Shown piece after piece: positions 51,993 to 63,010 of a stretch of DNA of 64,000 nt. Position 1 is the stretch's first letter. The number at the start of each line of letters is the position of its first letter. The stretch is taken from contig NC_058368.1 in NCBI RefSeq assembly GCF_018350175.1, forward strand, positions 158,226,001-158,290,000, written 5' to 3'. The stretch is from Felis catus (Eukaryota). The translations under genes and the position numbers were made by a program. The notes beneath the pieces are model-generated. The model made no database searches. It saw nothing but the letters and a program-made list of their open reading frames with translations, and was not told the origin of the DNA.

Positions 51993-52049
51993 CCATCTGT
52001 GGTTCCTGAGAAAAAAACCCAAGAAATAAAGCCAAAGGAACACAAAGAG
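51993..52049 (+). CDS. CAST: CAST exon 5: PSVVPEKKTQEIKPKEHKE
   Basis: Acceptor ttaacag, donor gag|gtaagt, 57 nt. Homologous to LSVVHEKKSQEGKPKEHTE. Confidence 0.95.
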
Positions 52050-52080
52050 GTAAGTGACCATCATTAAGACTTGTTATCAG

Positions 52081-52483
52081 GGGTGCCTGGGTGGCTTAGT
52101 CGGTTAAGCGGCCGACTTCGGCTCAGGTCATGATCTCTCGGTCCGTGAGTTCAAGCCCCACGTCGGACTCTGTGCTGACAGCTCAGAGCCTGGAGCCTGT
52201 TTCAGATTCTGTGTCTCCCTCTCTCTGACCCTCCCCCATTCATGCTCAGTCTCTCTCTGTCTCAAAAATAAATAAACGTTGGGGTGCCTGGGTGGCGCAG
52301 TCAGTTAAGCGTCCGACTTCAGCCAGGTCACGATCTCGCGGTCCGTGAGTTTGAGCCCCGCGTCAGGCTCTGGGCTGATGGCTCAGAGCCTGGAGCCTGT
52401 TTCCGATTCTGTGTCTCCCTCTCTCTCTGCCCCTCCCCCATTCATGCTCTGTCTCTCTTTGTCCCAAAAATAAATAAATGTTG

Positions 52484-52514
<31 letters not shown>

Positions 52515-52537
52515 GTTAAAAAAATTAAAAAAAAAAA
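52081..52537 (+). mobile_element. Nested SINE pair: young SINE (52281-52502) in the tail of a SINE starting about 31 nt after the exon 5 donor
   Basis: Outer TSD aagacttgttatcag (52066-52080, 52538-52552); inner TSD aaataaa(t/c)aaacgtt (52266-52280, 52503-52517). Confidence 0.93.
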
Positions 52538-52748
52538 AAGACTTGTTATCAGTAGGTAGGTGAAGCCTTTTTTGTGAGTGAGGGATAAAATTCTGAACTC
52601 TCATTTATTTGTTTTTCTGGCTAAAATGGCACCACCATGTGGCAGTAGCAGGATTTGCAATTTATTAGTGTCCTATGAATGCTCGCACTTCATAGAGGAA
52701 AGCATCAATATTTGTTGTGTTGTTAACAGTGTGGTGTGTGTGTTTCAG

Positions 52749-52862
52749 CCAAAAAGCCTACCCAAGCATGCATCAGATACAGAAAGCAAGCATGTTCATA
52801 ATGAAAAAGCAGTTTCCAGATCAAGTGAGCAGTCGACATCTGAGAAATCAACAAAACCAAAG
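52749..52862 (+). CDS. CAST: CAST exon 6: [38 protein letters not shown]
   Basis: Acceptor tttcag, donor aag|gtatac, 114 nt. Visible inside ORF 52578..52880. Confidence 0.96.
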
Positions 52863-53888
52863 GTATACCTCTCAGATTGATAGGAAAACACTACCATCAA
52901 CTAGAGAATAAGATGCACGTCCTCTATCTATATGGACATGTGTAGTTGAATCTGTGGAGCTATGCTGAACATACCTTGTATTGTAAGGATTTGGTGCTAT
53001 CATTTTACTGGTTTTGCAAATAACCTTGTGGAAACTTGGGCCTCTGGAAAGCTCAAGAAATACATCAGATTGGTTGAGGGGAAGTTCAGTCCACCCTTCT
53101 TCCACTGCTCAGCAGTGCCCAGTCATGACTACAAGGCAGCAGACTCTGGTGTCTCGTGGACGGGAAGCTTGGGGTACTGGTTGCTACCTGGGCCCCTCTT
53201 CTCAGAGTTAGGAGCACAGATGCTCTGCATGATCTGCTCTTTACATGGAACTCTGAAAGAGGTGTTTAGAATTTCGTTGTAGAAGAGATGAATTTATAGA
53301 GCCAAAAAATCAGAAATAGATTCCATGCACAGCTAATGGAGGTCAACTCTTTGAAGAATAAACTCTTATGAGAAGAACTTTTCCATTGAGAGCTCTTAGA
53401 AGACATCTAGTAGACCTGCTTGACAAGGGACTTGATAGAAGGTAGTTATACAAATGTAGCTCATCACTTAAAGGCAGCCATTATGTGTTTTGTTCAATTC
53501 TATTTTGTTTGGCTTGCAGTATTACTAAAATTTTTTTAATGCGTTGCCAACAATTCAAGTCATAATGTTTCACATAAAATTCAAATTTCTAGCTTCTCTT
53601 GAAACATCAGATTATGTGGCAACAATTGGCTACAACTTTATAACAATTTATCACAGTCCCTACCTGGCCCCCTTCAAAATTTGTGCACCTGCGTGCACTC
53701 TGTAGCTCTTGAGTCCAGCCTTATGTGGTCCCCACTGTTGTACTATGTGTAGTAGAAGCTAGTAACCTTTTCCTCAGCACTGTGTCCATGATAGTTATAA
53801 CTGGCTCAGTAGTGATACTTGAAATGCTTGATCTTGAAAACAGTCATTCAAAGATACTTAGTTCTGTTAATCTTTTTATCCCCTTTAG

Positions 53889-53969
53889 ACTAAATCACAG
53901 GATGCAATTTCTGCTGGCAGAGAAGGTGTTGCTGATATAGCTGCAGCATCTGCCAAACCAGATAACAAG
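53889..53969 (+). CDS. CAST: CAST exon 7: TKSQDAISAGREGVADIAAASAKPDNK
   Basis: Acceptor cccctttag, donor aag|gtaagc, 81 nt. Homologous to [27 protein letters not shown]. Confidence 0.94.
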
Positions 53970-56188
53970 GTAAGCATACCTAAGCAGACATGAAGTGTAT
54001 GTGGGCCTCACTGCCTGTCGGGTCTCTCTTATGAAAAATGCGTGCTCGGTGAAGACCCATTACAACCTGGGTTTTCGTTTGGTTCTCAGTAAGCATTTAG
54101 GGATCTGGTGCTACCATTCTCAAATAACCTGTATTTGGTACAACCGAGCACTGTTCTTTATGTGAAATTTAGTGAAGAAGAGGATACATCTAAAAGACAC
54201 AGAGTGAGCAAGATAACAAAACTGATTTGAGAATTCATGTGTTCAGTAAATATTTACTGAGCACCTGCCATGTGTAAGGCCTAGTATGAGTACCAAGAAA
54301 ATTAAAATGTGAGTTGACTCAGACCCTGCTTTCAACAATATTTATAGCTTTGAAATTAAGCAAATAAAATTGCCATATGTGAATAAGCATTTCTCTCAGC
54401 TTTCAACCTGGAGAGCATCTATCTTGATATGAGTAAATAACAAGCAGTCATAACATGTACATGAGTTGATAGGGGAAGTTTTCAAAGGACACATCCCAGC
54501 CCTCTCAGGAGAGAGTATATATGCCCCTCTGACTAATGATGGGCAAGTCTTCTTTAGATCATTTGAAGAGCTATTTCAAATACTAGCCTGGAAATGTAAG
54601 ATGAGACGTAGTCTACTGTTTCTACCCATAGCAAGGCAGAGTTACTAATCAGTTTACAGGCCATGTCTCCCTAGAAATGCTCCTTACTTCTCTGGAAGCC
54701 CCAATTAACTAATTGCAGCAAAAGTAAGAAGATAGAAATGAATTTTTTAAAAAGTAGTATTGATTTATCTGTTTTCCTGATTTTCAAAATAGGAAAAGTA
54801 TCCCCCTTCAGGCTAGATGGTAAGGAAGGTCATAGGATAAAAGTATGGCACATCTTGAAACACCAGTTTTTCTCAGATTTTGAAAAGGAAGAGACACATT
54901 AGTTTGTATGCAAACTAATGCAGATATTCTATGGAATGATGGAAAAAATTACATAAACCTTTAAATGAAAATACTCATATTTAAAAAAAATGTGTTTTCT
55001 TGTATATTTTCTTGAGACTCCCACCCCCTCCCCACTCTAAGGATAAATGTTACTCTCTGTTGTTGATGAGGGGTACTTAGATGAAAACGTTTGAAAAATG
55101 GTTAGATTTAAGACAGAAGATTAGATTTGTTCAAAAAGATTTAAAAATGTCATCAATTTGAAATTTTATGCTAGATATAAAGTAGCCAGGGAAAAAGTGA
55201 AAGCTAACCAGTAACATGAGAGGCATATGTGGAAGTCTGGTGTGCTTGAACTTGTGGCAAAGCATTTCACTTTGTTTGTCTCTGATCCATCTCCCTGAAG
55301 TGAGATTGATCAGATCTTCAATTGGGGCTGGCGTACTTAGCATGTTTAAAGCACTGTCGTGTGACTGCAGGACACCCTAGCAGCAGGCTAGCGCATCCAG
55401 GGGCGGGAAGAAGACAGAATCCCTGGGACTGCATTCTAAGGCAGATTAAGACAAGCTCCCACTAGAAGCTCTTTGGTGGGGAATGGAGGGCTTCTGTCTG
55501 TTTGCAGGATTACACACACTTTGAGTAGATCCAATTTGAGTTTGGCATGAAGGGTAGGTAGCTAGGATTGCAGGCTTGCAGATGCATCAGAGTGGAAAAG
55601 TGTGAGATGTGTTCTGGGTACAAAGTGAATTCCATTGAGGGTGGGGCACACGGGGCATGAGCAGTGGGACTGTAAGACCAGAAAGACAGGTCCAGGCACT
55701 GCTGTGGATAGTGCTGAGATGAGTGGTAGCTATTTAACCAGTAGAGGATACACACTGGAGGTTAGAGAACACACAGAGTGGTGGCAGTGCACCGAGTTGT
55801 GGGATTGAGTGACCACAGTCCTAAGTGAGCCTAAATTAGAGCTGGGATAGAATGAGATAGTGGGGAGAAATGCCAGAGGCACTGCAGAAGTGAAATCTTC
55901 AGGTTTTAGAAAAGAATTGGCTGTAGTGGGCAAAGGTATCATAAACTCTGAGATAACCTTGGGCTTCAGATCTGAACGAGCTAGGTTGGTAACCCTAAAG
56001 TGAGTCCACGGGGGCACTGTCTGGTTCCTGCAAGTGTAGGGCCGGCTCTGATGAGAGAGAGTGCCTCCCTAAATTGTGACCTGGTCCTTGGTTATGACTG
56101 ATGGGTGGACAGGTCAGAAGGAGAACTGGTTGAGGTCAAAAGTGGCCTGATTTTCGATAGGCTGAATTGAAATGTTGGAGAGAGATGT

Positions 56189-56736
56189 TGAAATGCCCAG
56201 AGTCTAAGAGACCCCCAAAAACGAACCACCAGAGTCCAGAGTCAAAGCTAAGCAGCAGGGGTCATTTATTGCAGGTTCGAACCTGGACCTCTGCGCCCCC
56301 GTTGCCAGTGACGCCAAGAGGCCCTGAGAGAGGTTTTTACACCCCTTTTATAGACAGGTACAAACAAGTCATGGGGAAATCAGGAATTTTCCACAGTTAC
56401 AGAGCTGCGATTGGTTGGTGTTGAAAGTTGGACACTTAACAGTATTCGATTGGTTCCTGCCTTTAGGTCAGACCACAACCGGGGGTACAGGTATCACAAT
56501 GATTGATCAGGAATACACGGATGTGCCAAGCAACAATGATTGATCAGGAGTACACGGATGTGCCAAGTAACAATGGTTGATCAAGAATATACGGATGTGC
56601 CAGGCAATAATGATTGATCAGGAATACATGGGCGCGCCAAGCAATTGTACAGAAGCGGAACAAGCTGGTTAAGCTTGGTTAGGTTTCAGTTTCCCATAAC
56701 TTAAGCTTTTAAGTTTCAATTTTCTCAGGCCTCTCA
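56189..56736 (-). mobile_element. Solo LTR of a gammaretrovirus-like (ERV1) element, 548 bp
   Basis: TG...CA termini; 4-bp TSD ATGT (56185-56188, 56737-56740). On the minus strand: U3 repeats, two CCAAT (56449-56453, 56410-56414), TATAAAA (56346-56352), AATAAA (56265-56270), in the correct order. Confidence 0.9.
56496..56643. repeat. 4 x 37-bp tandem repeat in LTR U3
   Basis: Units start at 56496, 56533, 56570 and 56607; consensus acaatgattgatcaggaatacacggatgtgccaagca. Confidence 0.95.
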
Positions 56737-58032
56737 ATGTGTAGCAAGGCAATTGGAATGTTGTTCTGAAGGACAGAGGGGGCAGAGAGGAGGAGGAAGG
56801 AAGGAGGGGATAACAAATATGAATGCATACCTGCATAAGGTTGTGGTTGAATCTTCAGAGTGGATTTGGTTGCCCAGATACACGCTCTCACCCTGGTGAC
56901 CCCCGCGGTGTTTTTAACAATAGCGGTGGTCACTTATTTAGCACTTAATCATCCAACGAGTACCTACATAGTGTTTAGTATGTACCAAACACACTTTGAT
57001 AGATGAATTGATCTAATTCTCATAACCCCCTGAGGGAGGTGCAGTTACTGTCCCCGTGTCACACATGGACGTTACTGAGCTACAGAAGAGGTGGCCTGCC
57101 TGAAGACTCATGTGGGCAGTGCATAGGAGCTGGTGTGCTCTCCACCCCCCATGCTCTGCCACCCACATTTCAGAGACCTCCATATGGGATGCTTTTCTGT
57201 TGTCTTAAACCTGGCATCTTCACCTGTCTACTTCCTTTCAGTCCCTGCAAGTGTTTGGCCCTGGCTCTAGAGAATGGTTTTGCTTCGGGCCACCAGTGCA
57301 AGGCAGAAACGTGGAATGTGTAGGGCTGGGGGCAATGCAGCAGGAGTGACAGAGAATGATGGCACAAATGCCAGAGGAGCCCTAGGGTGGTGCTCAGTCA
57401 TGGCTGCTGTGAGAGATGTGTTGGGTTAGGGGTGCTTACTGAAATCACACTTCAGAAACGATTATGTGTGGGTCAAGCATGGAGATTGCAGATTGGAGAC
57501 TTATCGGCAGTGTTCGAAAGAGCAACTGAAACATTTTAGGGAGATTAAGAAAGGAGTGGATGGTCAAATGCTAAGTCAGGGAGTGAGAGGTCTTAATGTG
57601 TGCAGGCAAAGGTTGAAAGAGCAACAGTGAGAAGTGGCCACTTAGAGAAAAAATTCTTGGGTGCTGTGGGCTGACTGTGGGCCCTTGGAGAGGCAACCAA
57701 GAGCAAAGAAGAAAGAGATGGTAGTTCCGGATTCAATTCTTGGTTTTTCCTTTACTGTGTGACCTAGGAAAAATTACGTCACATCTCTGAGTCTTGCTCT
57801 CCACATCACTAAATGAAATAAATTATGCTGTTCTGGAAAAGGATATGGCATTTACAACATGTTGTCTGGCACAGAGGCAGATGTTCAATATATGATCTAT
57901 GCTGTTAATATTAGACTCATTTTTAAATATGTAATATCATTGAACTTGTTGAATTACTTAGTAATTTGAATTTGTTAGATTATTGAAGAAAAATATGTGA
58001 AAAAGTTTTTATTTCTTTCTAAAATCCACCAG

Positions 58033-58101
58033 AAAAAAGAAAAGAAATCATTAACGTCTGCTGTACCAGTTGAATCCAAACCGGGTAAACCATCTGGAAA
58101 G
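58033..58101 (+). CDS. CAST: CAST exon 8: [23 protein letters not shown]
   Basis: Acceptor ccaccag, donor aag|gtatga, 69 nt. Homologous to [23 protein letters not shown]. Confidence 0.95.
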
Positions 58102-58286
58102 GTATGAAGATAGCAGTGCATTTCTACATAAGATATTTATTTATTCATAGCCTCTAAATTTATTCGGATCTGATTTTTTAAGGGCAAACTATATGAGGTA
58201 GGGTAACTTAAAGACCCTTCTCATGAATTATTGCTATAAGCTAAAATTGTGAAATTTTTTCAGGTATGTTTGTAACATTCAAAATA

Positions 58287-58496
58287 TTTTTTTTTAAGTT
58301 TATTTATTTGTTTTGGGAGATAGAGACAGCATGAGCAGGGGAGGGGTATGATAGACTGAGAGAGAGAGAATCCCAGGCAGACTGTACTGTCAGCTCAGAG
58401 CCCGACACAGGGCTGGAACTCACGAAACCACAAGACCACGACTAGACCCAAAACCAAGAGTCAGACGCTTAACCAGCTGAGCCATCCAGGCACCTC
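58287..58496 (-). mobile_element. CAN-SINE
   Basis: Reverse SINE head; tgtaacatt on both flanks. Confidence 0.85.
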
Positions 58497-59492
58497 TGTA
58501 ACATTTTATATTCTAACCTTCTGTTCTGAAAACTCTAGTTACATCTGGTGGAGTTTACATTACAGTTTCTATCTTGCAAATATACCTTCTTTAACCAGAG
58601 GTATGACTAAAGAATTTAAGACACTTCTTCATTCTGAAATTCCCAAATGAATCGGTCTAAAGCTAACAGGTCCCAAGTTGTATTACATGATCAGGTGAAT
58701 TCCTAAAATTGTAGTGGGAATACGGTTGTTGAAAAAAAAAAAAGTTAAATAATCATTTTTAACTTAAGTAAATAAAGGGTCTTTTCCCAAATTCTTTTTT
58801 TCCCTTTTAAATTCAGAATATTCTTCACAATGAGTCTTTTTAAACCTCAGAGATAGGATGGAGGCACTCCTTCATTATACTAATTAAAGTCCATATTGAC
58901 AGAATAGATTGTCACGTCTTATAAGCTTAACATCCCTTTCAAGTAATTTGTTTTGTAGACTTCTTTAGGCAAGCAAGTAAACAAAAAACCACAAATGAAT
59001 GAAGGAACACAGGCAATCTATCTTTGAAATAGATTCTATTTGGGAGAGGTACTATATAGACATTTTGTTGGAGTTCTTTGTAAATATGTAACTCTGGGAA
59101 ACTATTGATAAGGAATGAATACAAAGAATTTCTCCTATTGCATACAATTATATGATCTTATTCTTTGTTTTTGTTTTTTTAACTGAGGACATTGGAATGG
59201 GAACTTTAATGAGCCATTCATTTGTTCTGTAGTTACTGCCATTAGACTTACTGAAGTTGTTGTGATTCTTATCTGAACATGGCTTTCTATTTTTGTAACC
59301 TGAAATGTGTACTCTGGGGCCTTACATAATAAAGTCTATTAGTGACTAGATTTTAACTATTTTAATGTTTGAAGAACTTTTGATGTTTGGTGTTTTTCTG
59401 CACAGAATTTTTGGTTTTTTTGTAGTTAAAAAATCAGAAGTGAAATATGTATTACAAATAGCATTTAAATACCTGCTCTCTTTCTTTTCTAG

Positions 59493-59591
59493 TCAGACCT
59501 GGATGCTGCTTTGGATGACTTAGTAGACACTTTAGGAGGACCTGAAGAAACTGAAGAAGATACCACAACATATACTGGACCTGAAGTTTCA
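59493..59591 (+). CDS. CAST: CAST exon 9, inhibitory domain 1 subdomain [34 protein letters not shown]
   Basis: Acceptor ttttctag, donor tca|gtatgt, 99 nt. Contains the DAALDDLxDTLGG subdomain-A motif. Confidence 0.97.
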
Positions 59592-59989
59592 GTATGTGAT
59601 CTTGGTATCTGTAAAGATTTATACTTAATGGGTAGGAAAGGAAATAAGGTCATGGTCATGAGGACAAAAGAATACCTAGTGTTGTGTTGCTTGGAGAGAA
59701 GCAGGATGGTGTCGCTATCAATAATGGCAACTAAACATTAGTGTTATAAATGGAAATGGTTTGTCCTATGGTAGCTATCCTATTACAGTGATTCAGCAAA
59801 CATTTATTGATTGTCTGTGTTTTGACTGGTGCTGGAATACAGCCTGTTGGGTCACAAACATTTTTCTGTCCTTGAGATTTAAGTCCACTAGGCTTGAACT
59901 TATTATGATTTCTAGAAATTTACCACCCTCAGCTCATCCCTATTCCTTACCCATAAATAGCAAGAAAATTATATGTTCCTTGATATTAA

Positions 59990-60950
59990 AAAGATAAATA
60001 GAAAGACATGCAAAAGACTGGAAGAAAATACTTGAAGCAGACATGACAAAGGATCTGTTTCTAGGATTTATGAAGAATTTTTAAAAGACAGCCCAATAGA
60101 AAAATAGGAGAAAACTTGTTTGGCTAATAAATAAATAAAAATGAAAGTCTTTCTAGTATTTATAGAAATGATACTAAAATATGGAGACAACACACTCCTC
60201 AGAGTGGCAAAAGTGTAAAAGTCTGACAATTGACATGGAGCTTGTGGATGTTGAAGATGTACTTGTCCTTCAACTATCAATTCCACCTGTAGAGAGATTC
60301 CCTGGAGGAAGCCTTACCCATGTGCACCAGGAGTTACAAGCACAGGTGAAACATTTGGACATGATTTTGGTCAACAGCAGACAAGCTAATATAAGGGAAC
60401 ACTTTATTGTGGTTAAAATGAATTATTCATGTACCAACAGGGATACATTATAAAAACATAATTTTGAATAAGAATAATACAGTTTGATACCTAGAATATG
60501 ATACCATTAATACAACATTTGAAAATATGTAAAAGTAGTGCTCAGTTTGGCAGCACGTATGCTAACATTGGAAGGATACAGAGAAGATCAGTGTGGCCCC
60601 TGCAAGGATGACACACCAATTCGTAAAGCGTTCTGTACCTTTTCAATAAAAAAAAAAAAGAAAAAATGTGCAAAGTGATGCTGCATGTTGTTTGTGGATA
60701 CCTACATATGGAATAATTGTTTTAAAATTTGCTCGATTTTAAGTGGGTAGATACAATAAAATTCAGGATGGTGGCTATTGCTGGCTAACAAGGAAAAGGA
60801 ATGGGATAGTAGAGGGTTAAACAGGAGATGTGACTCCAGCTGATCTTTTTTTCTTAGAAATTAGGTCTGGATGACTTGGGTGTTAGCTTATAAAGAAATT
60901 TATTATTAACTGTACTTTTGTATGTATTGGAAAGAGACCATGAAAAATGT
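59990..60950 (+). mobile_element. Ancient L1 3' region (L1M-type), interrupted by a U6 retrocopy
   Basis: Degenerate motifs gactggaagaaaatacttg..., cagcccaatagaaaaat, caattccacct.. and caggatggtggcta. Boundaries approximate. Confidence 0.55.
60538..60659 (+). pseudogene. RNU6: U6 snRNA processed pseudogene with poly(A) tail
   Basis: gtgctcagtttggcagcacgtatgctaacattggaaggatacagagaagatcagtgtggcccctgcaaggatgacacaccaattcgtaaagcgttc aligns end to end with U6 (ACAGAGA box intact, many substitutions). Followed by an A-tract and a degenerate TSD. Confidence 0.93.
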
Positions 60951-61215
60951 TTTAAAATGTGCTTTAGTATAAGAATAAAAAATATAGTAGGTTGAATATT
61001 TTCTAGTATTACATATGAATTAAGCTAATTAAATAAGGGCAAGTATTGTATAAACTTACAATTTCAGAGTTGTATAAAGTATTGGCTTTTTAAGTGCATT
61101 TCATTTCAGTAGCTCCATAAATTACTAATGGCAACAGTACTTTGGTTGCATAATAGCATATAACATTGTCAGCTAATTAATTATATAATATCCCTCTGTG
61201 TGATCTTTATTCCAG

Positions 61216-61296
61216 GATCCAATGACTTCCATCTACATAGAGGAATTAGGTAAAAGAGAAGTCACCATTCCTCCAAAATACAGGGAACTTTTGGCA
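61216..61296 (+). CDS. CAST: CAST exon 10, domain 1 subdomain [28 protein letters not shown]
   Basis: Acceptor ttccag, donor gca|gtaagt, 81 nt. Contains the hallmark calpain-inhibitory LGxxExTIPPxYR motif. Confidence 0.98.
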
Positions 61297-61425
61297 GTAA
61301 GTTAAATAATCATTTACTTTTATTTTACTTTTTGGAACATAATCTTATCCCATTAATATATTCACATTTTTTAAAATTAGAAAATATAATGAGGCATGTG
61401 AAGTTGTCATTATGAAGACTCTCAC

Positions 61426-62047
61426 TGTATCAATTTGCGAGGGCTGCCATAATGAAGTACCATAGACTGCGTGGCTTGAACAACAGAAATATTTTGTATC
61501 ATAGGTCTAGAGGTCAGAAAACGAATCTGGGTGTGGGTAGCATGGGTTCCTTCTGAGGGTTGTGAAGCATGGATCTGAGGCCTCTCTACTTGGTTTGTAC
61601 GTGGCCATCTTCCCTGTGTATACATCTTTTGGTCTACATTCCCCACTTCTCTAAGAGCAGCAGTCTTGGGGTGCCTGGGTGGCTCAGTCAGTTAAGCGCC
61701 CAACTTCAGCTCAGGTCATGATCTTGTGGTTCACGAGGTTGAGCCCCACGTTGGGCTCTGTGCCGGCAGCTCAGAGCCTGGAGCCTGCTTCAGATTCTAT
61801 GTCTCCCTCTGTCTCTCCCTCTCTCTGCCCCTCTGCCACTTGCTCTCTGTCTCTCTCTCAAAAATAATAAACATAAAAAAAATTAAAAAAAAAAAAAGAA
61901 CAGCAGTCTTATGGGGTTAGGGCACATCCTAATATCATCACTTAACCTTAATTACCTCTTGAAAGGCCCTACCTCCAAATATAGTCACACACTGGAGTAC
62001 TAGGAACTCTTGAAAGGTTGTGGGATGGCACAATTTAACCCATAACA
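61426..62047 (-). mobile_element. MaLR solo LTR (MLT1-like) interrupted by a SINE
   Basis: TG...CA ends; 5-bp TSD CTCAC (61421-61425, 62048-62052); agggctgccataa...taccatagact...ggcttgaacaacagaaat and ccaaatatagtcaca motifs. Confidence 0.88.
61668..61895 (+). mobile_element. CAN-SINE nested in MLT1
   Basis: TSD aaga(g/a)cagcagtctt (61653-61667, 61896-61910). Confidence 0.92.
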
Positions 62048-62125
62048 CTCACTGAACAGTACATTTTGCCAACTGTAAAAGTTAATTTTGGACTTTCAAC
62101 ATGATCAAATTAATATTTTTTTCAG

Positions 62126-62164
62126 AAAAAAGAAGGTATCACAGGGCCTCCTCCAGACTCTTCG
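62126..62164 (+). CDS. CAST: CAST exon 11: KKEGITGPPPDSS
   Basis: Acceptor tttttcag, donor tcg|gtgagt, 39 nt. Homologous to KKEGITGPPADSS. Confidence 0.95.
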
Positions 62165-62336
62165 GTGAGTTTACATAAATGTCTTCTAAGATACAAGTTA
62201 ACGTTTTTTTAAATCTTTAGTTGGGGGTAGGGCATCAATTCTGTATATTGTGTCTATGAATAATCGCTAAATCAGATCAAGTTTCCATCTATTCAGAGGA
62301 AGGAGATGGGTATGGGGTTGCTTCAGTGCTCATGGC

Positions 62337-62339
<3 letters not shown>

Positions 62340-62395
<56 letters not shown>

Positions 62396-62416
62396 GTATA
62401 TATATACGTATACATA

Positions 62417-62467
<51 letters not shown>

Positions 62468-62481
62468 ACGTATATATATAT
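62340..62481. repeat. Compound (TA)n(CA)n...(TG)n(TA)n microsatellite
   Basis: Read directly from the sequence. Confidence 0.95.
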
Positions 62482-62782
62482 TTTTTTCTTTTTTTTGAGG
62501 GGAAGCAGAATGGAGCCAAGAAGGTATTAGGGCAAAATAAATATTAATAAAAATAGAATGAGAATATCCTAATATGTAATCCATTTAAAGGAGGGAAACA
62601 GGAAAATAGTATTAGTGAGCACTCATTTCCTTCCAAACAAAGAATTTATCTGAGTTATGTGATAACATACTTGATTTGGTAGTAAAGGAATGTCAAATCA
62701 TTCTTCATTTGCTGAGTTTGTATTGTGATCTGTAACTTGAATGACTCTCACGTGTTACCCATCGTGGTGCCTGTTTCTTTAG

Positions 62783-62875
62783 AAACCCATGGGGCCAAGT
62801 GATGCCATAGATGCTTTGTCATCTGACTTCACCTGCAGTTCTCCTACCGCTGGTGGAAAGAAACCTAAGGAAGAG
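62783..62875 (+). CDS. CAST: CAST exon 12, domain 1 subdomain [32 protein letters not shown]
   Basis: Acceptor ttctttag, donor gag|gtactg, 93 nt. Contains the [10 protein letters not shown] subdomain-C motif. Confidence 0.97.
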
Positions 62876-63010
62876 GTACTGTTTTCCAAATAATTAGGGG
62901 GAGCTTGTTAGAAACTATATAAAACTTGAAAACAATTTCTTTTTAGTTCTGATTATTAAAGTTACATTTATTCTAACTATAAGTCTAATCTTTTGCATTT
63001 TGTCTTTCAG

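Noticed and set aside
56496..56643. 37-bp direct repeats of CRISPR-like length
   Set aside because: The units are contiguous with no spacers, there are no cas genes, and they lie in the U3 region of a mammalian LTR.
60538..60643. Functional U6 snRNA gene
   Set aside because: Many substitutions including the catalytic region, a poly(A) tail, a TSD and no evident upstream PSE/TATA indicate a retrocopy.
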